The notes under the pieces are model-generated. The model saw only the letters and a program-made list of their open reading frames with translations. It was not told the origin of the DNA and made no database searches. DNA of 63,523 nucleotides, the filler included, from Octopus bimaculoides (taxonomy: Eukaryota): assembly GCF_001194135.2 (NCBI RefSeq). It is 9 parts of 9 records of this genome, joined end to end, with 100 filler letters (N's around TTAATTAATTAA, not from the genome) between each part and the next. Parts side by side here need not be neighbours in the genome. Positions count along the whole stretch, not along the records: positions 1 to 14,078 come from NC_069005.1; 8 more parts are not named here. One strand, given 5' to 3'. The position numbers and the translations under genes were made by a program. Numbering within the stretch: the stretch's first letter is position 1; every line of letters begins with the position of its first letter. This document shows positions 1 through 11,261 of this stretch, piece by piece.

Positions 1-123
1 TTTTTTTAAAGATTTTGTTAGTCTTGTTTACACGCAAAACCCTCACAACACACAAACACACACATTCTTTGTTTATCCTGTACTGTTCATGTCTTTCTTA
101 ACCCTTGTGGTTAATAAAGAAAC

Positions 124-178
124 CATCATCATCATCATCATCATCATTATTATTATTATTAATATTATTATTATTATT

Positions 179-238
<60 letters not shown>

Positions 239-478
239 CAGTAGTAGTAGTAGTAGCAGTCGTAGTAGTAGTAGTAGTAGTTTCGTTTATCATTGTTAAA
301 TAAACCTTATTCAGGTTGTGGTGGTGGTGGTGGTGGTGGTGGAGATTGTGGTGGTTATAATGCTGCTACTGCCGCTGATGGTAGTGATGGTGGTGGTGGG
401 GATGATGATGACGATAACGATGATGACGATGATGATGATAACGAGGATGATAATGGTAGTGGTAATGATGATGTTTTC
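124..478. repeat. Compound microsatellite (CAT)n/(TTA)n/(TAG)n/(GGT)n/(GAT)n
   Basis: Visible trinucleotide runs. They produce the spurious poly-S/L/G/D/V ORFs at 105-536. Confidence 0.95.
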
Positions 479-507
479 TAGTGCATATTTATTAAATATT
501 TACCAAC

Positions 508-699
508 CTAAGATATTTGTGCCTCTTTCTGGGTAACCAGCAATGTTGAACACATGTGAGTGGTCAGCCGATACTATAATAAGTGTATCCTTTTCATTGG
601 TTATGTCCACACCTTTGGCAACGGCATCATCGAAGCTGCTCAATTCGGACAGCGCCTTTATAGCACTGTTCACATGATGACCATGGTCAATCCTGCCTC
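508..699 (-). CDS. ALPL: Internal exon of an alkaline phosphatase (tissue-nonspecific ALP-like)
   Basis: Translates (G)GRIDHGHHVNSAIKALSELSSFDDAVAKGVDITNEKDTLIIVSADHSHVFNIAGYPERGTNIL(G), with the ALP Zn-ligand motifs GGRIDHGHH and DTLIIVxADHSH. Acceptor tgttatttcag lies at 700-710 and donor gttggt at 507-502. The exon is 192 nt, phase 1/1. The symbol denotes the family; orthology is untested. Confidence 0.93.
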
Positions 700-1143
700 C
701 TGAAATAACAATTGTTATGACGATTACGACAACAATGATGATGATGTTAAAATTGAAATAGTCAAGGTGGGAGGCATGGGCGTGGAAAACAATATCAATA
801 ATAATGCTGTACAACAAAACTATTATTTTTTATTGATTTATTTATTTTTGTCTTTGGTCAGTAAGTCTTATTTCTTATTTGCTTCAATCTAGAAATCAAA
901 GGAAATGACTATCATGGCCTTCAAACTTTGCTTTTGTCACTTGGACACCAATGTTTTGAAGTTGACCTATTTTCCATTACATTTCAGACAGATTCAGTGT
1001 TGAGTTGCTGAAGCAGAAATATCATTATAGCAAATATTCTGCTCAGTAACACAGATTTGCTTGTCAGTTGGTTGACCTTAACTACTTACAATGTGAGCAT
1101 CTCTGATAATATGCAAGACTGAGACTTAATGAAATAACACAAC

Positions 1144-2240
1144 TCATATTTCAAACACCAAGCACAACAGAACCGCTAATATAACGGGAAACAAGAAGCT
1201 AAACCCCATAACAAAACACACTGAAGCTTTACAGCAACAGACGGAGTCTACACTCCCCAAATCCCTGTTGATACTCTTACTGATAATTGGCAAGAAAAAC
1301 TTCTCTATGGCAAATACCCAAAGAGAGCTAGTAATGCCGATGTTGACAGAGCCTTTACCCATCAATGGTTAGTGTCTTCTGGCTTAAAATCAGAGACAGA
1401 AGGGTTTATCATAGCAGCACAAATTCAATGCCTACCTACAAGGAACTACCAAGCCAACATATTAAAGAACGGAGGTAGCTCAACATGTCGTGTATGTAAA
1501 CAACAAAATGAAACCATTGATCATGTTGTCTCCATGTGCAGTCTTCTTGCACCTACAGAGTATCTCAACAAGCATGACAGAGCAGCACAGTATATTCACT
1601 GGGTAATTTGAAAAAAACTTGAACCTGCCCCATGATAAAATTTGGTGGGAACACAAACTACTTTGAGTGCTTGAAAATAATCACTTCTCACTCCTCTTGA
1701 ACTTCACCGTTCAAACTGACAGAAATATAGATGTGAATAAGTCAGACATTATATTGAAAGACTTCAGACAAAAATCATGCCTCCTCATTGATATGACTGT
1801 CCTAATTGACATAAATGTATCTGTCAAGACCTACCAAAAACTGAGCAAGTATAAAGATCTTGAAATAGAAGTTGGTATAATGGGGAACCTCAAGACTAAA
1901 AGAATACCTGTTGTCATAGATACATTAGGAATGATAGCAAAAGGGGATGATTCCTACCTATCTCAGATACCAGGAAACCCCAAAATGGCAGAAATTCAAA
2001 AGATAGTGCTCATGGGAACTACCCTATCCTACGTAAAATACTGTCTGTGTAATCTCAAAAATTTTAAAACAAACTTATAATTTACTTATGTTTCCTTAAA
2101 CATTCTCTAGAACAATACTATGTGCAAAACCAAATAAACGACACCCGAGGCATAACACCAACATGAACTTCTAACTTGTTATCTCTTGAGGTCTCTAGGT
2201 GAGACTTGGAGCCAACTTGTACGAATACAAAGCAAAAGTC
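1144..2240 (+). mobile_element. R4/Dong-clade non-LTR retrotransposon, 3' fragment (frameshifted, with stops)
   Basis: ORFs 1372-1611 (LKSETEGFIIAAQ...CRVC...ETIDHVVSMC, a CCHC finger) and 1667-2080 (K/R-xDIILKD...LLIDMT...KLSKYKDL, restriction-like endonuclease). The 3' UTR is followed by (CAA)n(TAA)n. Confidence 0.85.
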
Positions 2241-2249
2241 AAACATATA

Positions 2250-2332
2250 ACAACAAAAACAACAACAAAAACAACAACAACAACAACACCAACAGCAACA
2301 GCAACAATAACAACAACAACAACAACAACAAC

Positions 2333-2390
<58 letters not shown>
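2250..2390. repeat. (CAA)n/(TAA)n microsatellite between two Dong-like copies
   Basis: Visible directly in the sequence. Confidence 0.95.
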
Positions 2391-2391
<1 letters not shown>

Positions 2392-4015
2392 ACCTTGACT
2401 AGCAAAATGTCATAAAATGAACCTTGACCAGCAAAATGTCATAAAAGAGTTAGAACCAGCGGAGAGCTACAAATACCTAGGGGTAATTGAAGGGAACAAT
2501 ATCAAGCACTCAGTGATGAGGGAAAGGATCAGAAGAGAATGTTATCGCAGGGTGAGAGCAATACTGAAGACAGAGCTGAACGCGAGAAACAGGATCGAAG
2601 CGATCAATGCTCTAGCCATACCAGTCGTGACTTACAGTTTCAACATCGTTAACTGGTCAATTACTGAAATATGTAATGTTGACAGAAAAATACGAAAACT
2701 GTTGACAACGCATAGAATGCACCACCCTAAGGCAGATATAGAACGTCTTTATCTGCCAAGAAAAGAGNNNNNNNNNNNNNNNNNNNNNNNNNNNNNNNNN
2801 NNNNNNNNNNNNNNNNNNNNNNNNNNNNNNNNNNNNNNNNNNNNNNNNNNNNNNNNNNNNNNNNNNNNNNNNNNNNNNNNNNNNNNNNNNNNNNNNNNNN
2901 NNNNNNNNNNNNNNNNNNNNNNNNNNNNNNNNNNNNNNNNNNNNNNNNNNNNNNNNNNNNNNNNNNNNNNNNNNNNNNNNNNNNNNNNNNNNNNNNNNNN
3001 NNNNNNNNNNNNNNNNNNNNNNNNNNNNNNNNNNNNNNNNNNNNNNNNNNNNNNNNNNNNNNNNNNNNNNNNNNNNNNNNNNNNNNNNNNNNNNNNNNNN
3101 NNNNNNNNNNNNNNNNNNNNNNNNNNNNNNNNNNNNNNNNNNNNNNNNNNNNNNNNNNNNNNNNNNNNNNNNNNNNNNNNNNNNNNNNNNNNNNNNNNNN
3201 NNNNNNNNNNNNNNNNNNNNNNNNNNNNNNNNNNNNNNNNNNNNNNNNNNNNNNNNNNNNNNNNNNNNNNNNNNNNNNNNNNNNNNNNNNNNNNNNNNNN
3301 NNNNNNNNNNNNNNNNNNNNNNNNNNNNNNNNNNNNNNNNNNNNNNNNNNNNNNNNNNNNNNNNNNNNNNNNNNNNNNNNNNNNNNNNNNNNNNNNNNNN
3401 NNNNNNNNNNNNNNNNNNNNNNNNNNNNNNNNNNNNNNNNNNNNNNNNNNNNNNNNNNNNNNNNNNNNNNNNNNNNNNNNNNNNNNNNNNNNNNNNNNNN
3501 NNNNNNNNNNNNNNNNNNNNNNNNNNNNNNNNNNNNNNNNNNNNNNNNNNNNNNNNNNNNNNNNNNNNNNNNNNNNNNNNNNNNNNNNNNNNNNNNNNNN
3601 NNNNNNNNNNNNNNNNNNNNNNNNNNNNNNNNNNNNNNNNNNNNNNNNNNNNNNNNNNAATCTGAAGACGAAAACAATACCTATTGTCATAGGTGCCCTG
3701 GGAATGACAGCGAAACGGGCTGATTACTACCTAGCTCAGATACCAGGAAACCCCAAAATGGCTGAAGTTCAAAAGATAGTGCTCATGGGAACTGCCCATA
3801 TCCTACGTAAAATACTGTCTATGTGATCTCAAATGTTAAAGCAAACAATTTTCTTATGGTTTCTTAAACATTCACGTGAACAAAACTGTACAAATCCAAA
3901 TATATGGTACCCTAGGCATAACACCTACATGAACTTCTAACTTGTTGTCTCTTGAGGTCTCTGGGTGAGACTTGGATCCAACTTGTACAAATGCAAAACA
4001 AAAGTCAAACATAAA
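2388..4015 (+). mobile_element. R4/Dong-clade element, 5'-truncated second copy (middle lies in an N gap)
   Basis: ESYKYLG...LNARNRIEAINALAIPVVTYSF...IRKLLTTHRMHHPKADIERLYLPRKE, then the C-terminus TIPIVIGALG...QKIVLMGTAHILRKIL. The 3' UTR matches copy 1. A 29-bp tandem duplication sits at the 5' junction, and the copy ends in (TAA)n. Confidence 0.85.
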
Positions 4016-4061
4016 ATAATAATAATGATAATAATAATAATGATGATAATAATAATAATAA

Positions 4062-4340
4062 TCCGACCAGACATCGGATTATTATGTGATACCAATAGTA
4101 TTTTGCATCCTTGGAAGTATCAGCACTCAGCTACCAACATGGTTGAAAACGATTGGTGCAAGTGTGAAGGTAGGACAGCTACAAAAATCAGCATTGCTTG
4201 GAACTGCAAGAATTCTTGGCAGGGTTCTTGAAGCATGACCAGTAAACAAGTGCCGCCTTAGTCTGCTGACTGTGGACAGCTGACACTTCCCATCATGCTC
4301 AGTAAAATAAGCAGCGAGTTTCTATATGAAAATAATAAAT
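4062..4340 (+). mobile_element. R4/Dong-like 3' end, different subfamily
   Basis: Begins RPDI straight after (TAA)n. Encodes VIPIVFCILGSI...QLQKSALLGTARILGRVLEA*. Confidence 0.65.
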
Positions 4341-4359
4341 ATACTCTGCTTCTTTTCTA

Positions 4360-5235
4360 AAAAGAACAAAGACAGAGCTACAGATCTTAGATCTAGGAAG
4401 CTGCACACTATGCACAATGTGTTACACTAAACGTTAGATCGACAGGTTCTACCTACGAATGAGGCAGAGGATCACTAAATGTACAAGAAACCGCTAGGTC
4501 TGTAATATTGGGTTTGAAAAACTATGTTGCATGTAGTAAAGGAAGAATACTATCGGTGACCGAAAAGTTACTGAAACAGTAGGAGAATTCGGGAACAGAA
4601 GGAAGAACAACAGAACAAGTAATCGAAAAGAGAAAGAATTACAGAGCCAATTCATGCAACCAACCGAATATGTTGGAAATAAAGAATGTTGGTTGTGGCT
4701 GATAGAAGAAAACCTGAAAAGAAAATCCCAAACGTTAATATAGCTGAGAGAGCAAACGCGGAATCTGTGGAAAAGAAGACGAAAGTATTAATCATCGTTT
4801 AAGTGAATATAGTAAACTACTATAAGAGTATAAGCGTAGACATGATTGTGTAAAAGAAAAAAAGAGTGCATTGACATGTTAACCAAATGTATGGACTGAA
4901 AGTATCAGATAAGTGATATGAACATGAGCCAGGAGGTGTGACAGAGAATATTAATTACATGATATTGCAAGATTTCTCCATGAAAGCTGACAAATACTTT
5001 TAAATTAAGGAGACCAGATATAGCTGGAAAGGATAAAATAAGCAAACGATGTGAGACCATGAACTTTGCAATACCATATGGTAGTAGAATGGAAACTGGG
5101 AAACCTGGAAAATATCAAGATCTTGCCAAAGAGATGAAGAGATTGTGGAAGACAACAATTATTCCTGTGATGTTTGGTGCACTTGGCACAACACTGAAAC
5201 AGCTACCTAAGGGACTACCTAAGCTGCTTGAGGGT
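4360..5235 (+). mobile_element. Heavily degraded R4/Dong-like fragment
   Basis: Remnants of RKLxTMH..LH...DRxYL, and ORF 5059 NFAIP...GKYQDLAKEMKRLWKTTIIPVMFGALG. Confidence 0.6.
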
Positions 5236-5370
5236 ACATATATACTTTTAATGTGTGTGCATATATATTCACGTGTGTGTGTCTATGTCTGTTTAGTTGA
5301 TGCGATCAGCAGTGTCTTTATGTGTGTGCGTGTGTTTAATTGTGTAGAAAGGTAGAATAGACGATTGGCG

Positions 5371-5409
<39 letters not shown>

Positions 5410-6169
5410 CGTGCATGCATGTCTGTATATGAGCATGATTGGGCGTGTGAGGTTAGTCAGATGTGTGTGTGTGCACGCTTATAGAAGTGTGTATGTGTGT
5501 GTGCTCGTATATGCGCGGGATATAGTTAATAGAAGGTGGGTAGTGAGTTGAAGCCGAACGGCGTATAAGTGAGAGGAGTAAAGATTACATTACGAAATTA
5601 CCTTCTACCANNNNNNNNNNNNNNNNNNNNNNNNNNNNNNNNNNNNNNNNNNNNNNNNNNNNNNNNNNNNNNNNNNNNNNNNNNNNNNNNNNNNNNNNNN
5701 NNNNNNNNNNNNNNNNNNNNNNNNNNNNNNNNNNNNNNNNNNNNNNNNNNNNNNNNNNNNNNNNNNNNNNNNNNNNNNNNNNNNNNNNNNNNNNNNNNNN
5801 NNNNNNNNNNNNNNNNNNNNNNNNNNNNNNNNNNNNNNNNNNNNNNNNNNNNNNNNNNNNNNNNNNNNNNNNNNNNNNNNNNNNNNNNNNNNNNNNNNNN
5901 NNNNNNNNNNNNNNNNNNNNNNNNNNNNNNNNNNNNNNNNNNNNNNNNNNNNNNNNNNNNNNNNNNNNNNNNNNNNNNNNNNNNNNNNNNNNNNNNNNNN
6001 NNNNNNNNNNNNNNNNNNNNNNNNNNNNNNNNNNNNNNNNNNNNNNNNNNNNNNNNNNNNNNNNNNNNNNNNNNNNNNNNNNNNNNNNNNNNNNNNNNNN
6101 NNNNNNNNNNNNNNNNNNNNNNNNNNNNNNNNNNNNNNNNNNNNNNNNNNNNNNNNNNNNNNNNNNNNN

Positions 6170-6204
<35 letters not shown>

Positions 6205-6205
6205 C

Positions 6206-6265
<60 letters not shown>

Positions 6266-6310
6266 TTTACGTATGCATGTATGTACAGGACAAAATACCA
6301 CAGGAAGTTT

Positions 6311-6390
6311 AGCTTCTCCTCAGTTGTCGATTGTTTATTACTACCTACTTCGAGCTTTCAGTGACAAGACAGGAAAATTTCATAAGACAA
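6311..6390 (-). ncRNA. Non-circularly permuted hammerhead-like motif, copy D (degenerate)
   Basis: Minus strand reads CCUG-UC-UUGUC...AGCUC-GAAG-UAGG...GACAA-CUGAGGA-GAAGCU. A15.1 is G. The extra helix is UUGU(C)UUAU/AUAAACAA. Confidence 0.6.
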
Positions 6391-6690
6391 CAGCATCCAG
6401 AAATTTTTAAAATATAAAATTTATGGAGAGTTAGGGCTTCGAACAAACAATCGACTCCAGAGTGGACGTACAGAGTAAACAATTGATGAAGAGAGACATT
6501 ATGGGCCGTTAGGCCAAGACGAATTGTAATGGGTAACACCTGGGAGAAATTTTGAAAGGATATAGAATAAATAGAAGAGAAAAAAATATCGAGAGAAATT
6601 ATGTCCAGCTGGCTGGACGTCCCATATATATATATATAAATATATGTGTGTGTATATATGTGCGTGTATGTATGTATGTGCGTGTGTGTG

Positions 6691-6721
<31 letters not shown>

Positions 6722-7379
6722 AATATTTTAGACTAATAAATATACGTCAATTAGTGTGATAATGTGCTGAGTAAAGCACTGGCACAGTTTGGGCAACCTG
6801 ATGTCGGCCGCAGTTGGGGTATATTTCCTTTGGATCTATTTCAGGAATTCCGCAGTATTAATTGAGATAATAATCGATTGAGTAAACTGAAGATGGAATT
6901 GGTATAGCTCTTTATTTTGTACGACGATCGTTTCAACCCATCCTACAACTGTCCTTTATGGGTGTTGCATCAATCTTGCAGTCTGAGACACATCAGATAC
7001 TTCATACATAAAGTGGTGTCTGGCTAAAGATCTTGAGCTTCGGCAGTCATGTTATTTTCCCGCTTCATTTAAGGAATAAGGTATTGCTACGATTGTCTTT
7101 ATAGTTAAATATCCATAGGAAATAAAATAAAATATATAAAAAATAAAATGAAATATATAACAAAATAAAATAAAATATATATATATAAAATAAAATATAT
7201 AAACTATAGACACGCGAGTATCTTTAGAATTGTGAGAGTTTTACAAACACAATTATTTACGGTACTAGGCGCATTCCAGAAGCTTTGAAATTTTTGAAGA
7301 AGAAGCAGTTGTATATGCCCTACGTCGTTGTAATTTTAATATACCATTACTATACATCGATTAAGGTGACCTGCCAACC

Positions 7380-7745
7380 TTTGTTATTCCAGATTGAAGG
7401 AGACGGCTGTAATACAACCCTACTAAAAACTTTAAAAACCACCCTACTAAACACTGCTTGTCATAACTGACTAGTTTGCAGAATGCAGTTGGGACATTTG
7501 CAAGCTTATGTAATGAAGTTTTGTGTTAAAGTGAGCAAAACTGTTAATGTTTCAGGCTGTATATAGATTAATTTTTTCGCTGGCAACAGAAGTCCAAGGA
7601 CAGAAGGGGTGAGAGACGATGAGAGGCATGGGAGGAAGAAAGACATCAGAACATCAGAGCTGGTTGAGAAAATTAGCGATTTTCGGGATAAAGTGTCTAT
7701 AAAAACAATGAACATACAGTTTGGAGTTGGTGTGCCAGAAGTACT
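7380..7745 (+). mobile_element. Mariner-type transposase N-terminal (HTH) fragment
   Basis: Plus frame reads EGVRDDERHGRKKDIRTSELVEKISDFRDKVSIKTMNIQFGVGV, resembling the mariner DDERSGRP...HTH region. Confidence 0.6.
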
Positions 7746-7876
7746 CATTTTCTTTTCTTTTTTTTTTTTGTAGAATTCTTTCAGCCCCTACTGACATCAA
7801 AGGCACCAATATAATTTTTCTTAATCAATAATGCATTATTATCGAAATTTAATGTCGATATTGAGTGTACAATGGT

Positions 7877-8263
7877 GATGGTTGGCACTTCGTCGCTTAC
7901 GACGTCGAGGGTTCCAGTTGATCCGATCAACGGAACAGCCTACTCGTGAAATTAACGTGCAAGTGGCTGAGCACTCCACAGACACGTGTACCCTTAACGT
8001 AGTTCTCGGGAAGATTAAACGTGACACAGAGTGTGACAAGGCTGGCCCTTTGAAATACAGGCACAACAGAAACAGGAAGAAAGAGTGAGAGAAAGTTGTG
8101 GTGGAAGAGTACAGCAGGGTTCGCCACTACCTCCTGCCGGAGCCTCGTAGAGCTTTACGTGTTTTCGCTCAATAAACACTCACAACGCCCGGTCTGGGAA
8201 TCGAAACCGCGATCCTATGACCCCGAATCCGCTGCCTTAACCACTGGGCCATTGCGCCTCCAC
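7877..8263 (-). mobile_element. tRNA-derived SINE family B, full length
   Basis: Head GGAGGCGCAATGGCCCAGTGG (A box) and GGTTTCGATTCC (B box). 10-bp TSD gtacaatggt at 7867-7876 and 8264-8273. Paralogues at 40161 and 55340. Confidence 0.9.
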
Positions 8264-8333
8264 GTACAATGGTATTAAGCTCACAAAAGTGATTAATTGT
8301 ACACAAGCGCGCGCGCGACTCTGCGTGTGTGCA

Positions 8334-8364
<31 letters not shown>

Positions 8365-8524
8365 AAGGATAACTCAGCAGAGTATATTGGGAAACATATA
8401 CATGTAAAGTTTCATTAGAAACATCAGAACACTTCCAAGTGGGCTCCACTGGTTGTATGCAACACATCTAGACGATGCTCAATTTCTGAATTTTTCAAAT
8501 TGTAAAGGTTATTTACGGACACCC

Positions 8525-8905
8525 TAAGTATATTTTGCTATAGCCTCGGGCTGACCAAAGCCGCGTGAGTGGTTTTGGTAGATTGAAACTTGAAGAACTC
8601 CGTCGTATATATACGTGTGTGTGTGAGTGTGTGTGTGAGTGTGTGTGTCTGTGTGTCTGTATGTCTGTGTCTGTGTGTCTGTGTCTGTGTTTGTCCCCCT
8701 CCACTGCTTGGCAACCGGTTTTGATGCGTTTATGTCCCCTTAAATTAGCGTTTCCGCGAAAAGACAAGGATAGTATAAATACTAGGTTTTTAAAAAGAAA
8801 AATAGAAATCAGTCCTGGGGTCGATTTGTTCGATTAAAACGCTTCAAAACGGTGCTCCAGCATGGCCGCAGTCAAATGACTGATAAAAGTAACTGATATA
8901 AAAGA
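8525..8905 (+). mobile_element. SINE family A, 5'-truncated
   Basis: Matches the body and tail of the copies at 11608 and 12438, including the central (TG)n. Confidence 0.85.
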
Positions 8906-8935
8906 TAAAGGAAGACACACACACACACACACAAA

Positions 8936-8972
<37 letters not shown>

Positions 8973-9021
8973 ATAACACACAGATATATGTATGTATGTA
9001 TCCATGCTTTTTCTTCTTTTT

Positions 9022-10685
9022 TTATTCTTTACGTTTAAACTTTTCCATTTTTAGCAATTCTCCATATGTGATTTCATTACCGTCAGCATAAAGAGCTTCT
9101 TTAACATCTTCAGGTGAAATTTCAAAGTTCAATTCCTTTGCAATGTTTATGATTGTGTCAGTTTCTTTTTGAAGACCTTCATGATTATCAAATTCTTCAA
9201 AATTGTCAATTAAGTTGGGGCAGAGATTTTTCCAAATTCCTTTCATGCTCTTTCCGGCGATTTTATCCGATACTTTCTTTATCAATTTTATTGCATCAAG
9301 GATGTTGAAACTCTTCCAAAATTCTTGAATCGTTGGACCATTTTCTCTATCAGTTACCTCAATGAGTCTTTCAAAGGTGAAACGGAAATAGTAAGATTTA
9401 AACGATGAAATGGCTCCTTGATTCACAGGCTGCAATAAAGATGTTGAATTTGGAGGTAAAAAAAAACAACATTAATATTTTGATGGTGATGCTTTAAAAA
9501 TGTAGCATGACTGGAGGCATTATCCATTATCAAAAGAATCTTGAAAGGAATATTTTTATCCTTACAATATCTTTATACTTCGGGAACAAATTGATTAGAA
9601 AACCAATCTTCAAATAGAGTCCCTGTCACCCAAGCTTTTTAGTTATGCTTCTAGATTACAGGAAGTTTAGTCTTATCAATTCCTTTTAAAGCATGGGGCT
9701 TTTCAGATTGATAAATAAGCATGGGATTGAGTTTGAAGTCCCATTCACAATTTCCTCTCAAAAGCATTGCTATCCTTCTTTTGCAGTAAAAGTCCTTGAA
9801 GGCATTCATTTCCAAAATAGGCCCGTCTCATCCACATTAAATATTTGAGACGGTATAAAACCTTCTTCTTCAGTCAAGCCTTCTAATTGGCGAGGAAAAG
9901 TTTCTGCAGCTTTTTGATCTGCGCTAGACGATTCTCCGTGGATCTTCACATTGTGTAAATCTGCTGGGTTTTTGAAACGATCGAACCAACCATTGCTCGC
10001 TACAAATGTTTCATTTGATCCATCTGATTTATCCTTAAGCGAGTTGAAAAGAGAAATTGCTTTACTGCAAATTATAGCTTGACTAAGTGGCATATGAAGT
10101 CTATGAATTTGATCGTTAATCCAAGCTGTAAAAAATTTTTCTGTGCGTGAAATTAAACTTTCATTATCTTTTCTTCATAATCAAGTTGAATTTAGAGAGT
10201 GACGTCCTTTAACTTTATTTAAATAATCTTCCCTTTGCTTCAAGATGGTACAAATAGATAAACAGGTGAAAGAGCCATGTCAAATTTGTTTGATAAATCT
10301 TTAACAGTTGCACCTTTTTCGTCTTGTTTAATCAATTCGTATTTTACTTCTAAAGTAATTGCCTTACATTTCTTCTTATCCTTGCTTTGTATCTCCGAAT
10401 TCTTTCTTTTTCAAGCCATCACAAGGATATTGAAAAAAATAAAGACGCGTAAATAATTTTATTTAAATGATGAAAGATAAAATGCGGGCTTGCGTGAAGG
10501 AAGTCGGGCAGGCACTGACACACTTGAAATAGAAAAAGCAGTTGCAGGTGATCGTACGAAGTAACAGGTGCTGCCAGACCGGAAGTGACGCTCGTTGCCA
10601 TGGTAACCAATTTGTTCATTTTCCCTCTACAATTCATAAAGATGGGGTTTCGTAAATTGGGGTTACGTAAAACGAGATATGCTTG
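9022..10685 (-). mobile_element. Tigger/pogo DNA transposon (decayed transposase, 5' TIR present)
   Basis: CENP-B-like HTHs (KAITLEVKYELIK; FVASNGWFDRFK), the DDE region QIFNVDETGLFWK and QPVNQGAISSFKSYY. The end reads TA|CAAGCATATCTCGTTTTACG at 10687-10666 on the minus strand. Confidence 0.9.
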
Positions 10686-10791
10686 TATCAGCCCTTAACG
10701 TTGTTTTCACTGTTTAATTTTTCCTGTCTTGGTTTTTGTTTGCTACTTTGGAAGCCTCCGCTTAGCAGGTTAATCCACTTTGCGGGAATAG

Positions 10792-10860
10792 CTATTCTAA
10801 GAGCGCGTTCTGCCTCATCTTCGAAACGCCTAGTTTAGAATAGAGGCAGCTGATGAAGGA
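10792..10860 (+). ncRNA. Non-circularly permuted hammerhead-like motif, copy A (core intact)
   Basis: Reads GCG-UU-CUGCCUC (10805-10816), UUC-GAAA-CGC (10820-10829) and GAGGCAG-CUGAUGA-A-GGA (10843-10860). The extra helix is UAUUCUAA/UUAGAAUA. Confidence 0.7.
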
Positions 10861-11179
10861 AAAGTTCCATAAATAGCTTGTCTGTTTTCCTATGTGTTCA
10901 TTCTGTTGTCCGCAAAAAAGTCCACGTTTTTTGGCGTCCTGTACCCGGATATGCATCTATACATACATGTAGATGTAGGTATGTACATATATGTATGTAT
11001 ACATGCATATGCTCATATATCATTCGTATTATATATATAAGCTTCAAACTGCAAAATGGTATGATTCTAATTTATTGTGTCTCTTTGCTTCATCTCGAGG
11101 CCCTGTTCTTTCCACTTCCCTTCTTTTATTTTATGTATTTGTATTAACTTTGATGAAGCTCCATGTACCAGATCGAATG

Positions 11180-11261
11180 TGCTATAAAGATGACGAATAT
11201 TATTTTCGGAATTTTCTTTGTAGGCACCGACTGACATTGGTAGTCGAAACGGCCGTAAGCA
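11180..11261 (+). ncRNA. Degenerate minimal type I hammerhead (PLE-type)
   Basis: TGCT-ATAAAGA(core, 2 mismatches to CTGAAGA)-T-GAC...GTC-GAAAC-GGCC-GTA-AGCA, with palindromic stem III ACGGCCGT. Confidence 0.5.

Noticed and set aside
105-536. Poly-Ser/Leu/Gly/Asp/Val ORFs, and similar poly-Y/N/T/I and (CV)n/(YI)n ORFs throughout
   Set aside because: They are translations of microsatellites, with no splice or homology support.
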